A stretch of DNA of 60,501 bases, counting the filler. It is 5 parts of 5 records of this genome, joined end to end, with 100 filler letters (N's around TTAATTAATTAA, not from the genome) between each part and the next. Parts side by side here need not be neighbours in the genome. Positions count along the whole stretch, not along the records: positions 22,062 to 34,980 come from DRR723986_61071; positions 35,081 to 49,452 come from DRR723986_61469; 3 more parts are not named here. One strand, given 5' to 3'. A model generated the notes under the pieces. The model searched no databases, was not told the origin of the DNA, and saw only the letters and a list, made by a program, of their open reading frames with translations. The position numbers and the translations under genes were made by a program. Of this stretch, positions 29,854-40,881 are shown piece after piece. The stretch's first letter is position 1. The number at the start of each line of letters is the position of its first letter.

Positions 29854-32526
29854 ATGCAAAATAACTTCCATATTTTAAAATCTCAGTGGTTGGATAGAAT
29901 AAGAATTCTAACTATTATTTTGTGTTGTGCTTCTCAAGGCTATTCTCAATATCAAAACATGGAATGGGCGGCCGTAAACGTGGGTAACGGTGATGATAGA
30001 CCTCTAGGCTTGGCTGTTGATCACCTCGGAAACACATATCAAACAGGTTACTTTACATCCAGTGTTGACTTTGATCCAGGTCCTGGAACTTTTTATGAAA
30101 CGGCAAATGATGATGATATTTTTGTCCAAAAGCTGGATGAATTTGGAAATTTAGTTTGGCTAAAAACGTTTTCGGGCCCTGACGATCATAAAGGTGTTGG
30201 GCTTGAAGTGGATCAAAATTTAAACGTATATATTACTGGAGTTTTTGACAATACAGTTGACTTTGACCCTGGAGCTGGAATATTCAATTTAACTCCAGTT
30301 TTAGATCATGCCATGTTTGTTACGAAATTAGATGTGAATGGAGATTTTATATGGGCAAAGATGATTGAAGGCCCAGGAAATGTGGAAGTCCAGAACATGT
30401 CAATGGATGGAGCCTTCAACTTATATTTCTGTGGTAAGTTCGAAAACGCAGTTGATTTCGATCCTGGACCAAGTACTTTTTATTTGTTAGAAGAAGGAGT
30501 AATTGATGCCTTTATGCTGAAACTAGATTCTGCTGGGAATTTTATTTGGGCAAAACAAGTGAACGGATATAATGGAGATGGTATAGTTTATTCAAAAGAT
30601 ATTCACGCTGATCAATACGAACAAGTTTATTTGACCGGAACTTATTATGATGGTATAGACTTTGATCCCGGACCAGATACGGTGAATCTGCCATTACAAA
30701 ATGCATTATTCATATTGAAATTAGATGTCAATGGCGATTTCATTTGGGCAAAGGAATATGCCGGACAGCAAACAGCATGGGAAAACTCGAATGCTGTTGC
30801 AGTAGGCAATGATGGTAGTGTTTACACCACTGGAAAATTTAATGGAATTGCAGATTTTGAGCCCGGTTCTGGAATCACAAACATGTCAAGCACTCATGGT
30901 AATGATAGAGACTGTTTTCTTCTAAAATTAGATTCTATGGGCGTGTTTCAATGGGTCACGCATATTCACAATACTGGCGATTATGATGAAGGGTTTGATT
31001 TAGCTATGGAACAAGGAGGAAACATAATTTGGACTGGTCAGCTTACAAACAAGGTGTTTGTTTATAATGTAAGCCCGGCAGGAGCTTTTAATTGCAAATC
31101 CTATTTTCCAGGGATTGGGGTATCAACAAAGATAGCTGCAGAAAACACGGGAGATGTAGTAGTAAATGGACATTTTTGGTACTCTATGGACTTTGATCCT
31201 AGCAGTGCTGTAAATCAATTCAGCTCTTCTAGTGGTTTTGATCATGACGTTTATGCTGTTCGTCTTGGTGGTTGTTTTACAACAGCTTCAAATATTACAG
31301 TAGACACTTGTGGATTGTATCAAACACCAAGCGGAAATCAGTCTTTTGGACCAAGTTCATTTTATGGAACGGTCGTGGATACTTTAACCAATTCTGCCGG
31401 TTATGATAGCTTAATTTATATTGATTTAGCTATTAGTCACACACAAAGCACTCAATCAATTGGGTTTTGTGGCTCTTTTACAGTGCCTAGTGGAGATGAA
31501 ACTTATTATTCAGCAGGCACTTTCTCTGATACTATTCCTTCAGTTGCTGGCTGTGACAGTATATTAACATTTAACTTATCGTTAATGAATTCTTCTAGTA
31601 GTATTGATATATTCTCTTGCAGTCCATATACAAGTCCGAGTGGAAATCAAGTTTTAACTTCTTCTGGAACTTTCTTTGATATCATTCCAAATTATTTAGG
31701 CTGCGATAGTGTGATAATGATCAATTTCGAATTGTTTGATAGCGACAGTGTTACCAGTATATCCAGCGGTTTTTGTGGATCTTATACAGTACCAAGCGGG
31801 GATGAAACATATTACTCTCCTGGCACCTACATGGATACAATTCCTTCCGTTTTGGGATGTGACAGTTTGTTGGAAATCCATATCGATTTTTTGAATTCAT
31901 ATAGTAATCTGAATATTCTTTCATGTAACCCTTACACAAGTCCTAGCGGGAGTTCAATCTATTCTACAAGTGGAGTTTACACTGATACAATTCTAAATAG
32001 CTCAGGTTGCGATAGCATTATAACAATTAACTACACTCAGCCCATAATTGATGTAAATGTTGCTAATCTAACAACATATTTATCTGCTGCTGCTTCAGGT
32101 TCTTTATCTTACCAATGGATTGATTGTAATTTGAATATGCAAGTAATTAGTAATGAAACGAATCAAGATTTTTATCCATCACAGAATGGTGATTATGCTG
32201 TCATTGTAGGTGATTTGGGATGCAGTGATACTAGCGCATGTATTTCAATAGATCAACTAGATATTTCAAATTTAGTTCAATCAAATTACAGGGTTGAAGT
32301 CTACCCAAACCCTGTGATGGATATTGCAAATATTCATATTACAGGCCAGGATGGGTCATTTGGACTTAGACTTACGGATATTTCTGGAAAATTAGTCTTA
32401 GAAGATAGACTAAGTTCAAACGAATTTCATCAATTGTCTTTTAAGCATTTAAATTCAGGAAGTTATATGCTAAAAATTGTTGATAAGGTGGGTAACACAA
32501 AACAGTTCAAATTAATTGTTTTATAG
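29854..32526 (+). CDS. T9SS-secreted protein with SBBP-type beta-propeller, Cys-containing stalk repeats and type A CTD
   Basis: Repeated G.F...VDFDPG...D.F..KLD..G...WAK units; about five C..YT.PSG...DT....G(C/Y)DS repeats; VYPNP...G.Y...I CTD. Start uncertain (29842 or 29854). Confidence 0.88.
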   Translation: MQNNFHILKSQWLDRIRILTIILCCASQGYSQYQNMEWAAVNVGNGDDRPLGLAVDHLGNTYQTGYFTSSVDFDPGPGTFYETANDDDIFVQKLDEFGNLVWLKTFSGPDDHKGVGLEVDQNLNVYITGVFDNTVDFDPGAGIFNLTPVLDHAMFVTKLDVNGDFIWAKMIEGPGNVEVQNMSMDGAFNLYFCGKFENAVDFDPGPSTFYLLEEGVIDAFMLKLDSAGNFIWAKQVNGYNGDGIVYSKDIHADQYEQVYLTGTYYDGIDFDPGPDTVNLPLQNALFILKLDVNGDFIWAKEYAGQQTAWENSNAVAVGNDGSVYTTGKFNGIADFEPGSGITNMSSTHGNDRDCFLLKLDSMGVFQWVTHIHNTGDYDEGFDLAMEQGGNIIWTGQLTNKVFVYNVSPAGAFNCKSYFPGIGVSTKIAAENTGDVVVNGHFWYSMDFDPSSAVNQFSSSSGFDHDVYAVRLGGCFTTASNITVDTCGLYQTPSGNQSFGPSSFYGTVVDTLTNSAGYDSLIYIDLAISHTQSTQSIGFCGSFTVPSGDETYYSAGTFSDTIPSVAGCDSILTFNLSLMNSSSSIDIFSCSPYTSPSGNQVLTSSGTFFDIIPNYLGCDSVIMINFELFDSDSVTSISSGFCGSYTVPSGDETYYSPGTYMDTIPSVLGCDSLLEIHIDFLNSYSNLNILSCNPYTSPSGSSIYSTSGVYTDTILNSSGCDSIITINYTQPIIDVNVANLTTYLSAAASGSLSYQWIDCNLNMQVISNETNQDFYPSQNGDYAVIVGDLGCSDTSACISIDQLDISNLVQSNYRVEVYPNPVMDIANIHITGQDGSFGLRLTDISGKLVLEDRLSSNEFHQLSFKHLNSGSYMLKIVDKVGNTKQFKLIVL

Positions 32527-34980
32527 ATGAAAAAACTACTCTTCATATTACCCCTATTAATACCTTTTTTAAGTTTTAGTCAATTTGGAGAAGAGCATGT
32601 AATAAGTCATAAAGATTGGATTCTATATAGTCCTTTTTCATTTCATGTTGCCGACTTAGATGGGGATGGAGACCAAGATGTCGTAGTGGGCTCTTACTAT
32701 TCTTCAGATAACTTGGGATGGTATGAAAATTTAGGCTCCAACAAATATGGCCACTTTATTTTAATCGACAACGTGTCAGAATCACCTAGTGATGTTGATG
32801 CAGCAGATATGGATAATGATGGAGACATGGATATCATTGCCAGTTTTAAAGATGATCAGAAAGTCGTTTGGTACCCAAACAACTCTGGAGTTTTCGGGAG
32901 TCCCATTACGGTATCAAGTATTACATGGGAACCTTATGCTATTCGTGTGGCAGATTTTGATGGCGACAGTGATTTGGATGTTGTTTCAGCCTGTTATGAG
33001 GGTGATAATGTTGTTTGGAATGAAAATCTAGGTGCTGGTGTTTTTGGACCAGACCAACAAATTACGAATCTCGTGGATGGCGTAAAACAAGTCGATACTG
33101 CTGATTTCAATAATGATGGTTTCGTTGATGTGTTGTCCATGTCTCGTAATCCAGGCGGTACAGACAAGAAAATTGCGTGGTATTCAAATGATGGGCTTGG
33201 AAACTTTGGTGCCCAACAAATTGTTTATAATAATCTTGCTATGGAAGATAAGAATGCTTTGGCAAGTGATATTGATGGAGATGGAGATTTTGACATTGTA
33301 GCTTCTTCTATCGGTTCGGATAAAATATCCTGGTTTGAGAATGATGGGCTAGGAAATTTTTCTACAGAAAGTGATATTTCTGATGGAACTTATGAATACG
33401 ATTTTATAGCAGTCGGAGATTTAAACGGAGACAATATTGATGATGTTGTTGGTAGTGAAAGTACCGGAATAGGATTCATTTCAATATTTCTAAATTCTGG
33501 AGCAGGCACATTTAGTTTACCAGTAGATATACTTTATGATGTTAAAGGCGTTCATAGAGTTTATATTCATGATATGGATGGGGATGGGGATAATGATGTG
33601 GTTTACACCGCTTGGGCGGATGAAATAGCCTGGATAGAAAACCTAGGGGGTGGTACATTCGGAAATCAACATTTTGTCGCAGTTAGCACATTCGAAGCTT
33701 CAGAAGTGCTAAGTTTTGACGCTAATCAAGATGGCTTTAATGATATCATTTCTTTATCGGCCCTGACAGATAGAATTTTGTGGCATAAAAATGACGGAGG
33801 AGGTATATTCAGTAGTTCTCATGAAATTGATAAGGAAGCCACATTAAGTTCAATACAGGCAACTACGAGTGATTTTAATAATGACGGGCTCATAGATATT
33901 TTAACGGGCTCGGATTATGGCACGCTTTACTCATGGTATGAGAACCAAAACGGCGGTAGTTTATCTTCTGAAATATCTATAACTGGTTCAGGATCAGGTT
34001 TTACAGTAACATCAATCGAGTCAGCAGATATTAATAATGACGGTTTTGAAGATGTTCTTGCAGTTGAAAATCAAAGTATTTCATGGTTTGAAAACTTCCA
34101 CCCTGGCTTCAGTAATGCCAATGGGGTAGGGCCAAATCATTATGAGTCGGCCTTTCCATTTGACATGGATAATGATGGGGACATAGACATCATGTGTACT
34201 TCAGATATTTTTAATAAAGTACGTTGGTATGAGAACTTAGCATTCGGGACTTTCGGTTCTTATCAAGATATTCAATTTGTTCTCAGTCCAATAGATGGTT
34301 TTGTTGCGGATTTTAACGGTGACAGTATTGGGGATATTGTAACAAATGGGAATAACGCAATCTACTATTTGGAAGGATTAGGTGGGGCAACATATGCCTC
34401 AAACGTTCAAATTGGAAGTCAAACTGGCATTGTAAAAATGATAACGGGTGATATAGATGATGACGGTGACCCGGATCTTTTAGTCGCATCCTCAGGTGAC
34501 AATACAGTCGCATGGTATGAAAACCTAAATGGTACATTTGGAACAAAGCAAATAATCTCTGACTCTTCGAATGCTGTCTCAGGAATAGCTGTTTCAGACA
34601 TTGACAATGACGGCGACTTAGATGTGTCAGTGTCTTCTTACGGGGACGGCAAAATTTCGTGGTTTGAAAATTATCTCTATGGAGGTTTACAAGCATCAGG
34701 ACATCTTTATATTGATCACGCCGAAAACGGAATTATTGATTCAAATGACAATCCAATGTTATGGGCTCAGGTTCTTACGAACCCGTCCAATTCATTCGCA
34801 TATACAGGGGATGACGGCAACTATTTTATTAACTTTAATTTTAATCAGCCAGGACCATATACGTTAGCTCCAACTTTTCCTCCTGGCTGGAAAATCACCT
34901 CCGACTCTCTCCAGTATAATATTCTTCTGGATGCTAACTATACAAATGCCGATAGTTTAGATTTTGGATTTTATCCAGAT
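32527..34980 (+). CDS. Secreted FG-GAP/VCBS-repeat protein, 3'-partial
   Basis: Signal peptide; many D.D.DGD.D...WYEN repeats; runs into the spacer. Confidence 0.9.
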
Positions 34981-35080
34981 NNNNNNNNNNNNNNNNNNNN
35001 NNNNNNNNNNNNNNNNNNNNNNNNTTAATTAATTAANNNNNNNNNNNNNNNNNNNNNNNNNNNNNNNNNNNNNNNNNNNN
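34981..35080. other. Artificial contig spacer
   Basis: N44-TTAATTAATTAA-N44. Confidence 0.98.
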
Positions 35081-35081
35081 T

Positions 35082-36371
35082 CACTTCTTTGAACACCTGA
35101 TGTTTGAAGGCACCACCAATATTGAACGTCATACTTATGATAAATTTGTTGAAGGTGCTGGTGGTACATTAAACGCCAACACAAGTCATGACAGAACGTT
35201 TTACTACGAACTCCTTCCTTCAAACCAAACTGAGTTAGGAATTTGGCTGGAGTCTGAACGATTACTGCACGCAAAAGTTGAAGATATAGGAATTGAAACT
35301 CAAAGAGAGGTCGTAAAAGAAGAGAAAAGACAACGAATGGATAACCAACCTTATGGTTCACTAATGTATGAAGTATTCAGAAGAGCCTACAAAGAGCACC
35401 CTTATCAATGGATACCTATTGGAAGCATGGAGGATTTAGATGCTGCCCAAGAAGAAGATTATGTAGATTTCTATAGAACATTCTACGTACCACATAACGC
35501 TACACTATCTATCGCTGGAGATATTGACATCAAAGAAACCAAAGAATGGATAGATAAATATTTCGGTTCAATTCCGAATGGAGACGAATTAGATGTTTAT
35601 AGAGATTTGGAATTCTTGAGTCTTGAAGCATTTCAAGAAAAATACGAAGATCAAATGGGAGGAAGAGCCACGTCAAAAGACTTTATGGGCGACTGGCACA
35701 ACAAGATGCCTACTGAAGAAATGATTAAAAAGTATTTCCCTAAAATTTCTAACGAACCCCATGACATTCCTAGACCTACTATCAAAGAAGGTTTATTAAA
35801 TGGAGAAATAAGAGATACCATTTACGATAACATTCAACTTCCTGCAGTAATCATGGCTTATAGAGTTCCTGAACTGAAACACGAAGACACTTATGCTGTT
35901 CAAATGTTGAGCATGTTATTGTCTCAAGGAAATAGTTCGAGATTCAATAAAAATGTAGTTGAAAAACAGCAGAAAGCAATGGCAGCATTTGCTTTTCCTT
36001 TCGGGTTAGAAGATCCAGGCATAACACTTTCATTGGCTTTAGCCAATATGGGGATAGATCTAAAAGATCTTGAAGCAGCCCTAGATGCTGAAGTTGAGAA
36101 CACTCAAAATGAGTTGATTTCTGACGAAGAATTTGAAAAATTAAGAAATATGATAGAGAATGACATCATTTCAGCAAATTCAACCATGGCTGGAATTGCA
36201 GAAACATTGGCAAACAATCATGTTTACGGCGGATCAACCAACTTGATCAATACCGAAATTGAAAAATACATGGCTGTTACAAAGCAGGATATTCAAAACG
36301 TAGCAAAGAAATACTTCATCCCTTCTAACAGAGTGATTTTGTATTACTTACCAAAAGAACAAGAAAATTAA
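35082..36371 (+). CDS. M16 family zinc metallopeptidase, catalytic subunit, 5'-partial
   Basis: Contig starts at HFFEHLMFEGT (HxxEH); NANTSHDRT.Y, EVVKEEKR.R and HPY motifs. Confidence 0.93.
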   Translation, partial: HFFEHLMFEGTTNIERHTYDKFVEGAGGTLNANTSHDRTFYYELLPSNQTELGIWLESERLLHAKVEDIGIETQREVVKEEKRQRMDNQPYGSLMYEVFRRAYKEHPYQWIPIGSMEDLDAAQEEDYVDFYRTFYVPHNATLSIAGDIDIKETKEWIDKYFGSIPNGDELDVYRDLEFLSLEAFQEKYEDQMGGRATSKDFMGDWHNKMPTEEMIKKYFPKISNEPHDIPRPTIKEGLLNGEIRDTIYDNIQLPAVIMAYRVPELKHEDTYAVQMLSMLLSQGNSSRFNKNVVEKQQKAMAAFAFPFGLEDPGITLSLALANMGIDLKDLEAALDAEVENTQNELISDEEFEKLRNMIENDIISANSTMAGIAETLANNHVYGGSTNLINTEIEKYMAVTKQDIQNVAKKYFIPSNRVILYYLPKEQEN

Positions 36372-36399
36372 TTGATAAATAAGACTAAAAATAATTAAG

Positions 36400-38532
36400 A
36401 TGAAAAAGTATATAATTTTAAGTATCACGGCCTTATTTATAAGCACAGGTGGTTTCTCCCAAATTGACCGATCGGTGGTTCCTAAACCTCAGCCGAATCC
36501 TGAAATTAAAATCAACATACCAGAGGTATTGACTATGGAAAATGGCCTAAAAGTCATTGTAGTTGAAAATCACAAACTACCCAAAGTGTCCTTCCAATTA
36601 TTTGTTGATTATCCAGTCGTACCAGAAGGCAACAAAGCTGGATTATCATCAATTTTTGGAGAAATGTTGGGCTCAGGAACTACAAAAACGAACAAAGATG
36701 ACTTTGATGCAAAAGTGGATTACATGGGAGCGAGTGTCAGCACAAGCTCTAGAGGTTTTTTCGCCTCTTCATTGAAAAAACACACTCCTAAATTATTGAG
36801 TTTATTAGAAGAGATGATTACTGGTCCTGCTTTTCCAGAATCAGAGTTTGATAGAATCGTCAATCAGTCGGTGTCAGCATTAGCAAGTGAAAAATCTGAT
36901 CCTAACGCAATGGCAAGCAATGTTGCTGGTGTTGTTAATTATGGTGAAAATCATCCTTACGGTGAAGTAACTACTGAACAGACTCTTGGAAACATTCAAT
37001 TAGAGGATATTAAAAATCACTACAACAATTACTTTATGCCTAACATGGCCTATTTAGTTATAGTAGGAGACGTCACTCAAGCAGAAGCAAAAGACTATGT
37101 CAACAAATATTTCAGCTCATGGAAAAAAGGCGAGGCTAAGAAAACAAGTAATTTCACAACCCCGAAAAGCGAAGGAAACAATGTTTATTTTGTTGATAAA
37201 CCTGGAGCAGTTCAAAGTAGAATCACAATTACTCACAACTTAGATTTAACCCCAGGACATGAAGATTTAATCAAGTTAAGAGTGTTAAACCAAATTTTAG
37301 GAGGAGGAAGCTTTTCAGCAAGATTGATGTCAAATTTAAGAGAAGACAAAGCATATACTTATGGTTGCTATTCTCAAATTAGTCCTGACCTTATCAAAGG
37401 GAGTTTTACCGCGGGTGGATCATTTAGAAATGAAGTTACAGATAGTGCAGTCGTTCAGATTTTAGCTGAAATAAGTAAAATTTGCTCTGAAGAAGTCACT
37501 GACAAAGAATTAGAGTTGGTAAAAAATTCAATGACTGGTGCCTTTGCAAGATCATTAGAAAACCCGGAAACTATGGCAAGGTTTGCACTAAACACTGTGA
37601 GATATAATCTTCCTGCAGATTATTATGCTACTTATCTCAAAAATTTGGAGAAAGTAACGAAACAAGAACTGCTAGCAGCAGCTAAAAAATATTTAAGACC
37701 TGAAAACTTAAACATAATCATTGTAGGTAACGAAGAAATAGCAGATAAACTTACTGTATTTGATACCAACGGAGAAATGGAGAGAAAAGATGCTGAAGGA
37801 AAAGAACAAGTAAAATTAAAGGCCGTTCAACCTGGAATTACAGCTCAATCTATTTTTAAAACTTATGTCTATAAATCAATGGGAGTAAGTTCAGAAGAAG
37901 AGTATGCGAAAAAAATGAAGAAAATCGGTTTCATTCAAAAAACTCAAACTGCATTTATGGAGGCTTTCGGTGCAGACATGTTCTTAACTACTTATTCAGG
38001 TACTCCAAACAAAACGGCATCTATATTAAAGATCAAAAGTCCACAAGGAAATATGACCGCACAAAAAGAATACTTTAATGGTGAAGCCGGTGGAACATTT
38101 GTCATGGGACAAGGAAAAACCAAGTATGAAGGTGATGAGCTTGAAGATAAAAAAGCAGGTGCTTTCCCTTTAAGTCAGGTGGGATATATCAATAGCAGCG
38201 TTTACAAAACGGAGTTATTAGGCATTGATGAGGTTGACGGACAAGAATATTATAAGATAAAAGTAACAAAGGAAGGAGATGAAGACTTTGGCTACGAATA
38301 CTATTCAACTGAAACTGGATGGTTGAGCATGGAAGAGAACTTTACAACTGACGAAGAGGGTAACACGGTAACTGCCCTTGTGTATCACAGTGACTATCAA
38401 GAAGTAAAAAAAGGCTTGGTATTGCCTCACAAAATGAAAGTAGTGAATCAAGGTCAGACGATTGAATTCACTTTATCAAGTGTGGTGATTAAAAAGAAAC
38501 CAAAATCAACAGCCTTTGAAGGACAATTTTAA
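36400..38532 (+). CDS. M16 family non-catalytic partner subunit with C-terminal extension
   Basis: Signal peptide, NGLKVIVVE, NQILGGG...RL..NLREDK.YTYG; no HxxEH. Confidence 0.88.
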   Translation: MKKYIILSITALFISTGGFSQIDRSVVPKPQPNPEIKINIPEVLTMENGLKVIVVENHKLPKVSFQLFVDYPVVPEGNKAGLSSIFGEMLGSGTTKTNKDDFDAKVDYMGASVSTSSRGFFASSLKKHTPKLLSLLEEMITGPAFPESEFDRIVNQSVSALASEKSDPNAMASNVAGVVNYGENHPYGEVTTEQTLGNIQLEDIKNHYNNYFMPNMAYLVIVGDVTQAEAKDYVNKYFSSWKKGEAKKTSNFTTPKSEGNNVYFVDKPGAVQSRITITHNLDLTPGHEDLIKLRVLNQILGGGSFSARLMSNLREDKAYTYGCYSQISPDLIKGSFTAGGSFRNEVTDSAVVQILAEISKICSEEVTDKELELVKNSMTGAFARSLENPETMARFALNTVRYNLPADYYATYLKNLEKVTKQELLAAAKKYLRPENLNIIIVGNEEIADKLTVFDTNGEMERKDAEGKEQVKLKAVQPGITAQSIFKTYVYKSMGVSSEEEYAKKMKKIGFIQKTQTAFMEAFGADMFLTTYSGTPNKTASILKIKSPQGNMTAQKEYFNGEAGGTFVMGQGKTKYEGDELEDKKAGAFPLSQVGYINSSVYKTELLGIDEVDGQEYYKIKVTKEGDEDFGYEYYSTETGWLSMEENFTTDEEGNTVTALVYHSDYQEVKKGLVLPHKMKVVNQGQTIEFTLSSVVIKKKPKSTAFEGQF

Positions 38533-38536
38533 TTGT

Positions 38537-38569
38537 AAACCGTCTCAACTTGTTTGAGGCGGTTTTTTT
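38537..38569 (+). terminator. Rho-independent terminator
   Basis: AAACCGTCTCAA / TTGAGGCGGTTT stem followed by a T run. Confidence 0.85.
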
Positions 38570-38583
38570 CTTATCTTTTCGTT

Positions 38584-38952
38584 ATGAAAAGGAACTACAC
38601 TCTATTTTTTGCTTTAGTCTTAGGCTTATTGACAATTGGCGCAAATAGCACTTACAGCCACAAAGGAATCATGACTGTTGAAGCTAAACTAATTGAGAAA
38701 CCCTTCATTAATAAGGTTGGAAAAGAAGGAAGTTTTAAGGACCTCTACCTAGAAATAAAACAACATACTTACTTCATTAAGTGGAGCGCATCCAAAGTGA
38801 CCAAAGCAGAAATGATGCCTTTTCTTAATCGTAAGGTTAAGGTGAAAATTGATATTCGAAATGGTTTGTGGGATACTGACGACCCAAATATTCAAAGCCG
38901 AGTCGGTGATTATGTAGCAATTTTGAAACTTTTCGACTCCAAAAGTGAGTAA
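38584..38952 (+). CDS. Hypothetical exported protein
   Basis: ATG 38584 gives a signal peptide; the track's TTG 38554 lies inside the terminator. Confidence 0.7.
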   Translation: MKRNYTLFFALVLGLLTIGANSTYSHKGIMTVEAKLIEKPFINKVGKEGSFKDLYLEIKQHTYFIKWSASKVTKAEMMPFLNRKVKVKIDIRNGLWDTDDPNIQSRVGDYVAILKLFDSKSE

Positions 38953-39012
38953 TTCACCGAATTGTTAACAAAAAGGTAACCACATCTTTAGGCTGACATA
39001 GCAAAAATGTCG

Positions 39013-39020
39013 TAAATTTG
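39013..39020 (+). promoter_or_regulatory. Bacteroidota -7 promoter element
   Basis: TAAATTTG in the intergenic region upstream of 39064. Confidence 0.5.
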
Positions 39021-39063
39021 GTAGGCTGTCGAAGAAACACTACTCGAATTGCCTTTTAAATAA

Positions 39064-40776
39064 GTGAAGAAATTAACTCTTATCATAACATTATTTGTTG
39101 GCCTTTACTGCCCTGCTCAAGTTTTTACAGAAGATTTTGAGAGCGGATCTGGTGGCTATACTTCTTCAATTACTGAATGTACAGATAATGCCGGAGATTA
39201 TTTCATATTAACTGATGGCTCAAATGTTGGAGGTACATATGGTGGCTCTACGGGAAGTTATTTTGCAGCTGCCGATATTGATGCAGCTGGATGTCCAGCA
39301 GCCACAGGAGCCAATGCTACCTTAACATGGACAGGGATTAATATCTCAGGATGCACAGGGCTTTCTTTGAGTATTGATGCCGCCGAAGATGATGATGGAA
39401 GCAATCAGGATTGGGACGCCTCCGATTACGTTCACATTGACGTCAGTATTGACGGAGGTGCGTTTCAAAACATCATCTGGTTTGAGTCTGCAGGAGCAAC
39501 TAACACAGAACCTCTTGTTGACACAGATTTTAATGGAACCGGGGATGGAACTGCTGTGACATCTACTTTTCAAACTTTTTCTAACGCAATAGCTGGTACT
39601 GGTGCTTCATTGACCATTCGAATTACGTTTGACTTGGATGCCGGAGATGAGGACATTGCCTTAGACAACTTAGTGATTACAGGAACGGGATGTGGCTCAC
39701 CAGTTGAAGATTGTACAAACGGAATTGATGATGATGGTGATGGTGATATCGATTGTGCCGATTCAGATTGTGCTGCACACGCGTCTTGCACAGGCGGATC
39801 AGGATGTATGTCAGGAACCTTAGGGGTTACAGGAGCAGGCTGCGGATGTCTAGCCGGCTGTGATTTAACTTCATTTGGCGGCCCTAATTGCAGCCCCTCA
39901 GTCGGAGGAAATTGTTCTGCTGGAACACAAAATATGCAGGTCGATATTACTGTTCCAGATGGATGTACATTCACTGTTACAGCAGACATGCAGAACAGAG
40001 CTGGAGGGTGTGATGCCTCTGGAGCAGATGGTGGAGACGGACTCAAAGTGGATATCCCCGGAGGACCGAAACCGTTTCAAACTGGAACTCCAAACCAGCC
40101 CATAACGGACAGTTACACGTTGGCTGGCCCTTCAACAATTAGAGTTTCTGGGATGGCCAATCGAGCAGATGAAATTATTACTTATACGGTTACTTCAAGT
40201 GGAGCTTTTTGTGTTGACTGCTCAAGTATTTTACCAATTGAATTAACTGAATTCAACGCGATAGCACTTGAAAATAATCTCGTTGAGCTCACATGGATTA
40301 CTTTGTCAGAAAGAGAAAACGACTTTTTTACGATTGAACGTTCTGCTGATGGAGTAGACTTTGAACCTTATCATATCACAGACGGTCAAGGAACTTCGAC
40401 AATGGCGCATTCCTATCATACTTATGATTCATCTCCTTTACCGGGAGTATCATACTATCGTTTGAAACAAACCGATTTTGATGGAAATTTCACCCATTCA
40501 TACATCAAATCAGTTTACATTTCATCCGGAGGTAATTTCGATATCTACCCTAACCCATCAAATGGCAATTTTTTCATAAAGGGTAAAAACATTAGTACTT
40601 CTCAAATCATTATCTATAACTCTATTGGGCAAAGAATTAATTACTCTCCTAACCAACTTACTACAAAAGGAGATTTAGAACTGGAATTTGACGGCCAATC
40701 TTTGGAACCCGGAATATACATTGTTCAAATTGTAAATGGTGGCATTCAAGAAAGTATTAAACTAGTGATTAAATAG
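39064..40776 (+). CDS. T9SS-secreted Cys/Asp-rich protein with type A CTD
   Basis: Signal peptide; EDCTNGIDDDGDGDIDCADSDC motif; LPIEL..F / YYRLKQ.D.DG module; IYPNP CTD. Confidence 0.88.
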   Translation: MKKLTLIITLFVGLYCPAQVFTEDFESGSGGYTSSITECTDNAGDYFILTDGSNVGGTYGGSTGSYFAAADIDAAGCPAATGANATLTWTGINISGCTGLSLSIDAAEDDDGSNQDWDASDYVHIDVSIDGGAFQNIIWFESAGATNTEPLVDTDFNGTGDGTAVTSTFQTFSNAIAGTGASLTIRITFDLDAGDEDIALDNLVITGTGCGSPVEDCTNGIDDDGDGDIDCADSDCAAHASCTGGSGCMSGTLGVTGAGCGCLAGCDLTSFGGPNCSPSVGGNCSAGTQNMQVDITVPDGCTFTVTADMQNRAGGCDASGADGGDGLKVDIPGGPKPFQTGTPNQPITDSYTLAGPSTIRVSGMANRADEIITYTVTSSGAFCVDCSSILPIELTEFNAIALENNLVELTWITLSERENDFFTIERSADGVDFEPYHITDGQGTSTMAHSYHTYDSSPLPGVSYYRLKQTDFDGNFTHSYIKSVYISSGGNFDIYPNPSNGNFFIKGKNISTSQIIIYNSIGQRINYSPNQLTTKGDLELEFDGQSLEPGIYIVQIVNGGIQESIKLVIK

Positions 40777-40868
40777 GTTTTTATCTTTCACCCTTATTAA
40801 CTATTTTGATGAATTCGGTGTTAATAAATATAAAGCCTATTCTCCTTTGAGCTAGCACACTAAAACCT

Positions 40869-40876
40869 TATCTTTG
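40869..40876 (+). promoter_or_regulatory. Bacteroidota -7 promoter element abutting the dnaB start
   Basis: TATCTTTG with only 5 nt before ATG 40882. Confidence 0.55.
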
Positions 40877-40881
40877 TAAGG

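Noticed and set aside
35029-35361. Track ORFs that run into spacers (also 49501-49761, and the extended ends of 32527, 46942 and 49505)
   Set aside because: Their ends are created by Ns and linker stops.
39570-40046. 158-aa antisense ORF, and the many other short antisense or nested ORFs
   Set aside because: Shadows of well-supported genes on the other strand or frame, with no motifs of their own.
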